A stretch of DNA of 64,000 nucleotides from an uncultured delta proteobacterium (GTDB taxonomy: Bacteria > Desulfobacterota > Binatia > UBA9968): contig CAVUVW010000023.1 in the NCBI GenBank assembly GCA_963745035.1, positions 1-64,000 on the forward strand, given 5' to 3'. This document shows positions 1 to 10,660 of this stretch, piece after piece. The translations under genes and the position numbers were made by a program. The notes below the pieces were generated by a model that had not been told where the DNA came from, made no database searches, and worked only from the letters and a program-made list of their open reading frames with translations. Numbering within the stretch: the stretch's first letter is position 1; each line of letters begins with the position of its first letter.

Positions 1-41
1 CTATGTTGTCCGGTACCCTTACTGGTTCGGTTGGTCTTGCT
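1..41 (+). other. Probable Oxford Nanopore ligation-adapter remnant (not genomic)
   Basis: TACTGGTTCGGTTGGTCTTGCT resembles adapter TACTTCGTTCAGTTACGTATTGCT; lower GC than the following DNA; sits at position 1. Confidence 0.65.
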
Positions 42-257
42 GCGGTCATCCACGATCCCGAAGCGGTCGTGCTTCGCGCCGTGCGCATGGTGCGTGACGG
101 CGTCGTCCTCACCACCGGCGGGCGCGAGGTGCCGCTGCGCGTCGACACGATCTGCGTGCACGGCGACACGCCGGGCGCGCCGGAGCTGGCGCGGCGCATC
201 CACGAGGCGCTGACGGCCGCCGGCGCCACCGTCGCGCCGATCGGAGGATGGCTGTGA
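42..257 (+). CDS. pxpA: 5-oxoprolinase subunit A (LamB/YcsF family), C-terminal part only
   Basis: VDTICVHGDTPGA motif; AVIHDPEAVVLRAVRMVRDG. Confidence 0.85.
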   Translation, partial: AVIHDPEAVVLRAVRMVRDGVVLTTGGREVPLRVDTICVHGDTPGAPELARRIHEALTAAGATVAPIGGWL

Positions 258-1474
258 AGTGGTGGCGCGAGGCGGACCCGGAGGCGCGGCGCGCGCTCGC
301 GGCGGGCATGTTCGGGTGGATGCTCGACGCGTTCGACGTCATGATCTTCGCGCTCGTGCTGCCCTCCGTGCGCGCCGACCTCGGCCTGACGAGCGCGCAG
401 GGGGGCTATCTGGGCTCGGTGATGCTCGTCGCGGCGGCGGTCGGCGGCGTCGGGTTCGGCTGGTTTGCCGATCGCTTCGGGCGCACCCGCGCGCTGATGC
501 TGAGCGTCCTGCTGTATTCGGTCTTCACGTTCGCGTGCGGCTTCGCGACCACGCTCGCGCAGTTCGTCGTCTTCCGCATCTTCCTCGGGCTCGGCATGGG
601 AGGCGAGTGGACGGCCGGCGCAGCGCTCGTGTCCGAAACGTGGCCGGCGCAACACCGCGGCAAGGCGCTCGGGTTCATGCAGAGCGGCTGGGCCATCGGC
701 TATGCCGCGGCGGTGCTCGTGAGCGGGTTCGTGCAGCCGCGCTACGGCTGGCGCGCGGTGTTCTTCATCGGCATCCTGCCCGCGCTCTTCACGCTTTGGG
801 TCCGGCGCCGCGTCAAGGAGCCGGCGATCTGGACCGCCTCGTCGCGATCCGGGACGACGTCGCCCGGCACTGCGGTCGATTTTCAAGAGCGGCATCGGCG
901 GGCTGACGATCGTCCTGACGCTGATGAACACGTGCACGCTGTTCGCGTGGTGGGGATTCAATCTCTGGCTGCCCAGCTATCTGAAGTCGAGCCCGGCGCA
1001 GGGTGGCGCGGGCCTCGGCAGCGGCCGCCACGACCGCGCTACCTGTTCATCATGCAGGCCGGCATGTGGTTCGGCTACGTCACGTTCGGGTTCGTCAGCG
1101 ATCGCTTCGGGCGGAAGAAGACCTACGTGACCTATCTGCTCTCCGCCGCGGTGCTGCTCGCGATCTACGTCTCGGTCCGGGACCCCGCGGCGCTGCTGGT
1201 GCTCGGACCGTTCGTCGCGTTCGCCGCCACCGGCTACTTCAGCGGCTTCGGCGCGGTGACGGCCGAGATCTATCCGACGTCGGTCCGCGCCACGGCGCAG
1301 GGCTTCACCTACAACATCGGCCGCCTGGCGAGCGCCGCCGCGCCGTACCTGGTCGGCTCGCTCGCCGACACGCACGGCTTCGGCGCCGCGCTGCTGGTCT
1401 GTTCGGCCGCGTTCGTCGCCGCCGCAGTCTTGTGGATCTGGATTCCGGAAACGAAAGGGAGAGCTCTCGCATGA
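248..1474 (+). CDS. MFS transporter (aromatic acid/sialate:H+ symporter-like), compensating frameshifts mid-gene
   Basis: GWMLDAFD, ADRFGRTR, GLGMGGEW, EIYPTSVRATAQGF. Confidence 0.85.
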   Translation: MAVKWWREADPEARRALAAGMFGWMLDAFDVMIFALVLPSVRADLGLTSAQGGYLGSVMLVAAAVGGVGFGWFADRFGRTRALMLSVLLYSVFTFACGFATTLAQFVVFRIFLGLGMGGEWTAGAALVSETWPAQHRGKALGFMQSGWAIGYAAAVLVSGFVQPRYGWRAVFFIGILPALFTLWVRRRVKEPAIWTASSRSGTTSPGTAVDFQERHRRADDRPDADEHVHAVRVVGIQSLAAQLSEVEPGAGWRGPRQRPPRPRYLFIMQAGMWFGYVTFGFVSDRFGRKKTYVTYLLSAAVLLAIYVSVRDPAALLVLGPFVAFAATGYFSGFGAVTAEIYPTSVRATAQGFTYNIGRLASAAAPYLVGSLADTHGFGAALLVCSAAFVAAAVLWIWIPETKGRALA

Positions 1475-2747
1475 CACGCACCGCTGTTCCTGCTGCCGAT
1501 CTGGCCGTCACGCTGGCGGTCTCCGCGCCGGCGGCCGCGCAGAGTCGCGCCGAGGACGAGTACACGCGCTACGAGCTGCTGGCGCCGGAGACCTCGAGCT
1601 TCAAGATCACCTTCGACCTGGCGGCGGTCACGCCGGGGGCGACGCGTGTTCTTCAACGCGATCCACAACGCCACCCAGGTGACCGACCTGTCGGCCGATC
1701 GACCTGATGACCGGCGCGCCGCTCGACATCAAGGAGGTGACGGGCGAGCAGGCCCGCGCGGCGGGGTTGAAGGACGCGGACGCTCGCACGCGCTATCTCC
1801 AGGTCGAGCTCGCGCGGCCGGTGCCCGACGGCGGGCGAGGTCCGCATCCGGATCCACAAGACCTACAAGGACGCGCCGACCTATCACCGCGAAGGCGACG
1901 CCGTCGTCTTCAGCCGCGACCTCACCGTGAGGCGCGACGCGTCGTGCTCCCGAAGGGCTACGAGATCGTCGCGGCGAACCTTCCAGTCCAGGTCATCGAA
2001 GAGGCGGACGGCCGGATCGCCGCGAGCCTGATGAACATCTATCCGGGCGCCGCGCCGCTCGTGCTGCAAGGCGCGCGCCGTCGCCGCGCGGCCGGCCGCG
2101 CGCCGCCGGCCGCGCCGGCCGCCGCCGCCGCCCGCGCCGCCGCGCCCGGCCGACGCGCCGCCGCGCGAGACGCCGTTGAACCAGGTCCGCGTCAGCGAGC
2201 GCGCGATCCAGGATCGCGAGATCGTCTACTTCCTCAAGCAGCCCGAGACGCACGCCTTCTCGCTCTACCACGACTACACCGCGTCGCGCGAAGGGGAGCA
2301 CCAGTACGTCAACGTCGTCCGCGCCGGAAGCAGCGTGTCGGAGCCGTCGGCGAAGATCCTCGACACCGGCGAAGTGCTGAAGACGCGCACGCTGACCGGC
2401 GCGGACGTCGTCCGCGAGAAGATCGACATTCCGGACCGCGTCGAGCCCGACACGCAGCTCGTGCTGATTCCGTTCGCGCCGGTGAAGAAGGGGCAGTCGG
2501 TCCGGCTGCGGATCTCCGAGACCTACACCGACCCCGCGCGCTACGCGCTCGTGGACGGCCAGCTGATGTGGCACCGCAGCTTCGGCCGGCCGCGCAACGA
2601 CATGGTCCTGCCCGAGCGGCTGGTATCTGACGACGAGCTCGGTCCCGGCCGTGATCACGCAGGAAGCCGGACGGCCGCATCCGGCTCTCGTTCTGGAACC
2701 CGCGACCCGACAACGTCGACGTCTACGTGAAGGCGCGAAGGCGCTAG
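1471..2747 (+). CDS. Secreted hypothetical protein with two internally homologous halves (frameshifted)
   Basis: Signal-like start with ATGA overlap; YELLAPETSSFKITFD...RIHKTYKD vs YFLKQPETHAFSLYHD...RISETYTD. Confidence 0.55.
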
Positions 2748-2844
2748 ACGGGTGGGCGCAGCGGTGCGGGCAGTGCGAACGGTGCGAGGCGCGAGGGCGG
2801 CGAGCAGGCGCTGTAGCACCGAGCCCGAGACCGAAGCCCCGTCG

Positions 2845-3067
2845 GTAAATTTTGGTCACGTGCGTGACGACGCCGAGGACGTAGTGGAGCTCGACGTGGT
2901 CGCCGGCTTCGATGCGAGCGGGGGACCGATTCCTGGCCGACGCGCGCGCGGCTGGCCTGCCCCTGCGGATCGTCCGGATCGAGGAAGTAGATGTCGAGCG
3001 ACACCTGGCCGTGAATGCTCACCGGCTGGATCTTCGTGATCACGGCCTTCTTCGATCCCTTCAGCAT
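2845..3067 (-). CDS. Small hypothetical protein (~70 aa)
   Basis: MLKGSKKAVITKIQPVSIHGQVSLDIYF...; TATACT 7 nt before ATG. Confidence 0.55.
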
Positions 3068-3179
3068 TCCGACCAGTATAGATCCGCCCGCCGGATCCGC
3101 CGATTTCGAGCCGCGAGCGAGCGCGTGCGAATTGAGATAAACTGAAGGAGCTTCCCGCCTGTATTTCAGGAGTTCCTGC

Positions 3180-3950
3180 ATGTTCCTTACGAGTCGCCAC
3201 GCATGGCGGCGCTGTTGTTGGCGCCGTTTTACGCGCAAGCGCCCGCGAAGACGGAGACCGCCTCCGAGCTGCCGGACGCGCGCGAGATCATCAACCGCCA
3301 CATCAAGGCCGTCGGCGGCCGCGAGGCGATCCTCGCCCACAAGTCGATGCACGCCGACGGCACGATGTCCATCCCGGCGCAGGGCATCAGCGGACCCATG
3401 GAGCTCGTTCAGCGCCGCGAGCCCGAACCGCATCCGTCATGAAGATGACGGTGCGGGCATCGGCGAGATCATCGAAGGGTTCGACGGCTCGCACGGCTGG
3501 TCGATGTCGCCGATGACGGGTCCGATGCTGAAGGTCGGCAAGGAGCTGACGCAGACGAAGCTCGACGCGGATTTCTACAGCGACCTGCGCGATCCGAAGA
3601 AGTATCCGAGGTCAAGACGCGTCGAGAAGACCACGTTCGACGGCCGGCCCGTGCTACAAGGTCAGCCTCAAGCGCATCGACGGCGTGGAGGACTTCGACT
3701 TCTATGACGTCGCCACCGGCCTCCGCGCCGGCAGCATCAACACGCGCGAGACGCCGATGGGCGTCGTGCACGATGACGAGCATCGAGGGCGGACTACAAG
3801 AAGTTCGGCAAGCTGACTGCAGGCGACGCCGGTCAAGCAGCAGGTGATGGGCGATCGAGCAGAAGATCACGCTGCGACGGTCGAGTACGACAAGGTCGCC
3901 CGCGTCGGCGTTCGAGCCGCCGGCCGCCGATCAAGGCGCTCATCAAGTGA
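3180..3950 (+). CDS. Periplasmic LolA-like/DUF620-like protein (frameshifted)
   Basis: Signal peptide, LPDAREIINRHIKAVGGREA, EGFDGSHGWSMSPMTGP. Confidence 0.6.
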
Positions 3951-5275
3951 AACGCGCAGCCGCGTCGCCGGCCGTCCTGCTCCTCGGCCGTGCTGTTCGG
4001 GTCGCGCGCGGTCTCGACCGAAACCTACAAGGCGGGAGAGACGTTCGACGCGGTCTGGAAGATCGTCAAGGACAGCCACTTCGATCCCGCGTTCGACGTG
4101 GCGAAATGGGATCGCGTCGGCGCCGATCTGCGTCCCAAGGCTGTCGAGGCGAAGACGCCGGGCGAGTTCCGCGCCGTGCTCGCCGACATGCTCGGCCGGC
4201 TCGGCCTCTCGCACTTCGCCGTCATTCCCTCGACGCCCGACGGCCCCGGGGACCACGTCAACCTGAGCGGGCAGCCCGGGTTCGACGTCCGGCTGATCGA
4301 TCGGCAGCTCGTCGTCTCCTCCGTCGATCCCGACGGCGGCGCGGCGGCCGCCGGCGTTCGTCGCCGGGTGGATCGTGCAGAGCATCGGCGGCAGCGCCGG
4401 TCGTCGGCGCTGCTGGCGGGCATCACCGAGAACACGCCGCCGCGGCTGGCGCAGCTGCAGGCCTGGCGTCTCGCGGTGCCACGGCTCCGCGGCCCGTCCG
4501 AATACGAGCGCGGAGGTCGACGTTCGTCGACGGCACCGGCGCGACCGTGACGAAGAGCATCGAGCGCCGGCAGGAGCAGCGGCGAGCCGGTCACGGTCGG
4601 CAGCCTGCCGACGATGTTCGTCGCGTGTCGCTCGTCGCTGAAGCCGACGCCCGCCGGCGGCAAGGCCGGCGTCATCGGGTTCAACGTCTGGATGACGGCC
4701 GTCGATCGCGAGTTCCAGAAAGCGATGGACCGGTTCCGATCGGCCGACGGCATCGTGATCGATCTGCGCGGCAATCCCGGCGGGCTGGCGGCGATGATCA
4801 TGGGCGCTCGCCGGGCACTTCATGACCGAGCGCGTCGACGCTCGGCGTGATGAAGACCACGGCAGGCGGACGCTGAAGTTCCCCGCGAATCCGCGGCTCG
4901 TCAATGCCGCCGGCGAGCGCGTCGAGCCGTACAAGGGTCCCGTCGCCATTCTCGTCGACGGGATGACGGGCAGCGCGTCGGAGTGTTTCTCGGGCGGCAT
5001 GCAGTCGCTCGGCCGCGCGCGCGTGTTCGGGCAGACGTCGATGGGACAGGCGCTGCCGGCGCTGTTCGATCGAGCTGCCGAACGGCGACGTGCTCATCCA
5101 CGCCTGGGGGGACTTCGTCACCGGGACCGGCGTGCGCATCGAAGGACGGGGCGTCGTGCCGGACGAGCCCGTCGCGCTGACGCCGCGCGGCGCTCCTCGC
5201 CGGGCCGGGACGCCGACGCTCGACGCAGGCGCTGGCGTGGATCGATCGGGCCAGGAAAGAAGGCCGCAACTCTAG
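3947..5275 (+). CDS. S41 family (tail-specific) peptidase with PDZ-like region (frameshifted)
   Basis: IDLRGNPGG, ILVDGMTGSASE, IEGRGVVPD. Confidence 0.8.
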
Positions 5276-5399
5276 GTAGAAATAGGACGTTGCGGGCGAT
5301 TATTGTTGCGCTTGGGCCGGTGCGTCTGCTAGACATGCAGTCACCTGCAACACGCGGTCTACCCCAAGCCCCTCTTCAGGACAATTTCGGGAGAAGTAA

Positions 5400-6173
5400 A
5401 TGGAGCAGCGCCCGCTGCGTCTCGGTGACATTCTGGACGACTACTGTCCGCGCGAACGGCGCGTGACCAACCACGCCGTCGTCGCGATGATCGAAGAAGA
5501 CGTCAAACAGACCCGCTGCACGACGTGCGACACCGAGCACGTGTACAAAGGCGGGAAAGCGCCGCGCCGGAAGAAGGCCGAGACGACCGGCGCGCTCTAC
5601 AAGGAAGTGCTCGCCGGCATCACCGATCAGGACGCGCCGCCGGCGTCGCCGCGCGCCGCCGACGCCGCATCGACGATGATCGACGACGAGCCGACGCGCC
5701 GCCGGCGCTGGTCCAGCCTGCCGCGCCGTCGTCGCGATCGCGGCGCAGCGCCCGACGTCGCCGATACCGACGATCGACGACGACATCGATCCCGACGAGC
5801 GCCCGCCGCCGATCGACGAAGGTCCCGTGCATCGTCCGCTGATCCGCGCGCAGCTGCGCGCGTCCCGAGGGCATCAAGATCGAGCGCGCAGGCGCCCGAG
5901 TTCACGATCCGCCAGAACAACGGCCGCGGCGGTCCGCGGCGGCTTCCGCGGCGGCGGCGGCGACATGCGCGCGCGCAGCGGCGGTGGCGGTGGCGGTGCG
6001 GCGGCGGCAGCGGCGGCGGCGGCAACAACGGTCATCGTTTCGGCCGCGGACCCTCGCCCGGCGGCGGCGGTGGCGGCGGCGGCGGCGGCGGCCCCAACCA
6101 GGGCTTCGGCCGCGGACCCGGCGGCGGCGGCGGACAGCAGCGCTCGGGCCGACCGCCCAAGCGGTCGCGCTAG
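5400..6173 (+). CDS. Hypothetical protein with N-terminal Cys/His zinc-ribbon-like motif and Gly-rich disordered tail
   Basis: DDYCPRERRVTNH...RCTTCDTEH; GGC-rich 3' end. Confidence 0.6.
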   Translation: MEQRPLRLGDILDDYCPRERRVTNHAVVAMIEEDVKQTRCTTCDTEHVYKGGKAPRRKKAETTGALYKEVLAGITDQDAPPASPRAADAASTMIDDEPTRRRRWSSLPRRRRDRGAAPDVADTDDRRRHRSRRAPAADRRRSRASSADPRAAARVPRASRSSAQAPEFTIRQNNGRGGPRRLPRRRRRHARAQRRWRWRCGGGSGGGGNNGHRFGRGPSPGGGGGGGGGGGPNQGFGRGPGGGGGQQRSGRPPKRSR

Positions 6174-6177
6174 AATC

Positions 6178-6240
6178 AGCTTCCGGCTTCCAGTTCCCAG
6201 TTCCGGCTAATGCTGGATTCCAGCTTCCGGAAACTGGTAA
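6178..6240. repeat. Short-period (7-nt) intergenic repeat
   Basis: agcttcc ggcttcc agttccc agttccg ... ggaaactgg. Confidence 0.5.
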
Positions 6241-6252
6241 CGTTCCGTCGCT

Positions 6253-7027
6253 ATGTCATCTCTCGCAGGAAAGACCGGCCTCATCGTCGGCGTCGCCAAC
6301 AAGCGGTCGATCGCGTGGGCGATCGCGCAGGCGGCCTCGGCCGCGGGCGCGCGCGTCGCGCTGACGTACCAGGGCGAGCGGCTCGAAGAGAACGTGCGCG
6401 ACCTCGCCGAAGGCCTCACCGATCCGCTGGTGCTTCCGCTCGACGTCACCGACGACGCGCAGATCGCGCGCGTGTTCGAGGAGATCGACCGCGCGTTCGG
6501 CGGCCTCGACTTCCTCGTCCACGGCGCCGCGTACGCGACCCGCGAGGACCTCTCGAATCCGTTCGTCCAGACGACGCGCGACGGCTTCAAGCTGGCGCTC
6601 GACATCAGCGCCTATTCGCTGATCGCGCTCTCGCGCGGCGCGCTGCCGCTGATGGAGAAGCAACGGCGGCGGCAGCATCCTGACGCTGACCTATCTCGGC
6701 AGCGAGCGCGTCTTCCCGAACTACAACGTCATGGGCGTGGCCAAGGCGGCGCTCGAGTCGACCGTCCGCTACCTCGCCGCGGACCTCGGCCCGAAGAACA
6801 TCCGCGTCAACGCGATTTCGGCCGGGCCGATCAAGACGCTCGCCGCCGCGGGCATCTCCGGCTTCTCCAGCATCCTGCAGGTCTACCGCGACCGCGCGCC
6901 GCTGCGCCGCACGGTCGACACCGCGGAAGTCGCCGACGCCGCGATGTTCCTGCTGAGCGACGCCGGCCGCGGGGTGACGGCGGAGGTGCTGATGGTGGAC
7001 GGGGGCTACCACGCCACCGGCATGTAG
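6253..7027 (+). CDS. fabI: Enoyl-ACP reductase (frameshift ~6665)
   Basis: [36 protein letters not shown]. Confidence 0.95.
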
Positions 7028-7029
7028 CT

Positions 7030-7326
7030 CCGCCTGCAGGCGGAAGCTGCTCGCTCGTCTTCGTCACTCGTTCTGCTCGTCCGCCTGCTGCGCCGCGACA
7101 CGAGCGCGACGAAAGACGACGCGACGATCACGACCCGGGTCAAGATCGCGCTGCTCAACGATGCGCGGGTCGGCGGCGCTGCGCCTCGATGCGAGGACGG
7201 TCCAGGGCGTCGTCACGCTCACGGGCACCGTGCAGATCGCAGGCCGACGCGGAGGCGGCGGTCGCCGCGGCGCGCGAGATCCAGGGCGTCCGCGACGTCA
7301 AGTCGGAATTGAAGATCGTGCCCTAG
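7030..7326 (+). CDS. BON-domain protein (frameshifted)
   Basis: DDATITTRVKIALLND...GVVTLTGTV...IQGVRDVKSELKI. Confidence 0.75.
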   Translation, partial: PPAGGSCSLVFVTRSARPPAAPRHERDERRRDDHDPGQDRAAQRCAGRRRCASMRGRSRASSRSRAPCRSQADAEAAVAAAREIQGVRDVKSELKIVP

Positions 7327-7329
7327 CCG

Positions 7330-8031
7330 AATCCGACCGTGCGGCTGCTGTCGAATGACCGCGCCACGCCCGACGACGCGGATCATGCGCGTCGCGCTCG
7401 ACGGCGCGGTGTTTCCCTACCGCGCCGGCCAGGCGGCCTCGCTGGCCGCCGGTGACACCCGGCGAGCTGGACGCCCTATTCGATTGCGTCGGCCCCTGCG
7501 GAGACCGCCGTGACGGGCTATCTCGAGTTCCTCGTCAAGGTGGACGGCAGCAACCGCTTCGGCGCGCGCGTGCGACAGCTCCAGCCCGGCGATCGCCTCC
7601 GCGTCGAGGGCCCGACGGGCAGGTTCGCCCTGCCGGATCGACGCCGCGCGACATCCGCTTCTGTTCATCGCCGGCGGCACCGGCATCGCGCCGCTGCGTT
7701 CGATGATCCGCGAGTGCGTCCACGCGCGGCACGCCGCGACCGCTGGCGCTCGTCTACTCGGCGCGAACCCCGGACGAGTTCGCCTACCTCGACGAGCTGC
7801 GCGGCCTCGGCGACGGCCGGAAGCTCGCGCTGACGCTGACGCTGACCGGGGACGCGAAGGAATGGCGGCACGCGCGCGGCCGCGCCGGCGACGGATCACC
7901 TCGCGGATCTCGCGACACGCCGCAGACGCTGTGCTTCATCTGCGGCCCGCCGTCGATGGTGACCGACGTGCCCGGCCGCGCTGACTCGCCTCGGCGTTCC
8001 GCGCGAGCGAATTCGCACAGAAGACTGGTAG
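7330..8031 (+). CDS. FAD/NAD(P)-binding oxidoreductase, ferredoxin-reductase family (frameshifted)
   Basis: YRAGQ, PYSIASAP, VEGPTGRF, IAGGTGIAP, CGPP. Confidence 0.8.
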
Positions 8032-8141
8032 TTGGCGTGGCTCGGCGCGAGCGAGCATCGCGAGCGAAGCCAGGCGATCGGAGCGCGCCGGCGAAGCGGC
8101 GCGCGGAAGCTGTCGAAGCTGGGAGCTGAAGCTGGAGCAGA

Positions 8142-10660
8142 CTAGAGAATTCCCGCGGCCGCGCGCTGGATGTCGAGGTCGCTGAGCTCGGGATAGGCGG
8201 TGTTGCCGGCGAGCATGCTCTGGCGGTGCGCGAGATTCGTCGCGGCCCGTGCGGCGCTTCCGGCCGGACTTGTCCTGGTACATGCGGCTGTCGGCGGTCG
8301 CGAGCAGCGCTTCGTACGACTCGCCGTCCTGCGGGAACACCGCCGCGCCGACGCTGATGCCGAGCTGCAGCCGCTTGCCCGGGCGGGCCTCGAAGTAGAC
8401 ATCGTCGATGCCTTCTGCAGCTCCTGCCGCTTGTGCTCCGCTTCGTCCGCGCCGCAGCCCGACAGCACGACGATGAATTCGTCGCCCGCGTAGCGGACGC
8501 AGATGTCGTAGGGGCGGATCGCGGCGCGCAGCACGCGCGCGACCTCGCACGAGCGCCCGGTCGCCGACGTGGTGGCCGTGGTTGTCGTTGATCTCCTTGA
8601 AGTTGTCGAGGTCCATGACCATCAGCGAGACCTCGGCCTTCAGGCGCTCGGCGCGCGCCAGCTCGCGCGTCAGGTGCATGAACAGGAAGCGCGTGTTCGG
8701 CAGCCCGGTCAGCGGATCGGTCAGCGAGTCTTCCTGCGTCTGCTCGAACAGCATCGAGTTGTTGATGACCGCCGCGGCCTGCTCCGAGACGCGATCGAGC
8801 AGCCGGCGGTGGTCGTCGCGGTAGAACGCGGCGTCGGTGTGGTAGACCGACAGCGTGCCGATGAACCGCTCGTTGAACATCAGCGGGCAGACCAGCGCGG
8901 ACTGCAGCGCTGGTCGAGAGGTGCGTCAGGCCCGCGGCCTCGAGATCGGCGCTCGGCCGCGCGTTGACGAGCGGCCGCCGGTTGCGCGCGACCCAGCCGG
9001 TCAGCCCTTCGCCGCTGTGGACCGCCGACCTGCTGAATGACGTCGGCGTCGGTGCCGGTCGCGAACCGGCAGCGCAGCGTCTCGGTTTCCTCGTCGTAGA
9101 GGAACAGCGCCGCGCACGCGAACGGCACCAGGTTGGTCAGCTTGGCCGAGATCAGCGCCATCGTGTCCGACACGCCGAGGCTGGTGCCCATCGCCTGCGC
9201 GATCTCGTAGAGCGCGTAGATCTCGCGGTGCGCGAGCGCGATGTCCTCGAAGACGTTCTTCTTCGAGAGCTCGGGAGCGAGTCCGGTCGCCGGCTGCGCG
9301 TTCGGCGTTGCTGTCTTCCTGCGCGGCGCGGCGGACGCTCTGGTCGAGCGTCCGCGCTTCCTGCTGCAGCGCCGGGCAGCAGCTCGGTGAACATGGCGAC
9401 CACCTGCGGGTCGAGCCCCTTGCCCGCTTCCTGCTGCAGGAGCCCGATCGCCGCGTCGGAACGTCATCGCCTTGTGGTACGGCCGCTCCGCCATCAGCGC
9501 GTCGAAGTAGTCGACGACCGAGAGGATGCGCGCGCCGAGCGGGATCTCTTCACCCTTCAGCCCGGCCGGATAGCCCTTGCCGTCCCAGCGCTCGTGGTGG
9601 CTCAGGATCAGCGGCGCCACGGGATACGGGAACGGCACCGAGCTCACGATGTCGGCGCCGACCTTCGGATGCGCGCGGATCTTCTGGAACTCTTCCGGCG
9701 TCAGCGGCCCGGGCTTGGACAGGATGTGCTCGGGCACCGCGAGCTTGCCGATGTCGTGCAGCAGCGCCGCGGTCTTCACGCCCTGGATCTCGTTCTCGCT
9801 CATGCCGAGGCCGCGGGCGAGCGCCGCGGCGTAGAGCTGCACGCGGCGGATGTGGAGCTGCGAGGTCTGGTCCTTCGCGTCGATCGCGAGCGCGAGCGCT
9901 TCGATCGTCGCGAGGTGCAGGTCGGCCATCTCCTGCGTGTGGCGCCGCTCGTCTTCGACGCGGCCGAGATAGACCTTGTAGGCTGTAGTAGGTGAGGTAG
10001 AGCGGCGCCGCCAGAGCGGCACGAGCGCCGACCCACTGGTTCGGCAGGTTCGTAGATCCACGCGACCGCCGCCGCCGCGCCGGCGCCGACGAAGTAGCTC
10101 GGCGCGCTCCACAGGAAGTTCTCGTTCCAGACCTTGAACAGCGGCTGCTTCACCGACAGCGCGATCGCCGTCGCGACCGTCAGCGTGTTGAAGCAGGAAA
10201 TAGGTGGTCGCCGCGCCCGACCAGCGGCTTCGCGACCGCCATGCGTGCTGACGCTGCCGGCGTGGCCGCCGAGCCGTGATAGACGCAGGCCGGCCGCCTG
10301 CACCGTCACGATCAGGCACGCCATGCTGAACAGCGTGCGGTGGATCGGGTTGCGCTCCTTGATGCGGAACGTGCACTGGCTGAACGCGCTGGCCGCCGCG
10401 ACGAGCATCGTCTCGTTCGGCGCCGAGCAGCAGCAGCGCCGCGAAGTCGACCGCGTACGAGACCGACATCGTCGACGACCGCCGCGCGAGCGGCAGGTTC
10501 ACCTTGAAGACCGACGTGATCGACGACAGCAGCAGCAGTCCGAGGAAGAGCCACGGGCTGCCGACGAACTCGGTCGGGAAGAACACCGACGAGCAGCGCG
10601 GCGCCGAGCCGCGATGATGGCGCAGACGTAGATCCGCGCGGCGAGCGGCAGGGACTTCAT
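8142..10660 (-). CDS. Membrane-sensor + HD-GYP + GAF + GGDEF c-di-GMP signalling protein (frameshifted)
   Basis: Multi-TM N-terminus; LLHDIGK...HHERWDGKGYP; GAF; DPLTGLPN...RPYD(I-site)...YAGDEF. Confidence 0.9.

Noticed and set aside
5930-6135. GGC microsatellite as a contingency locus
   Set aside because: It simply encodes a Gly-rich disordered tail.
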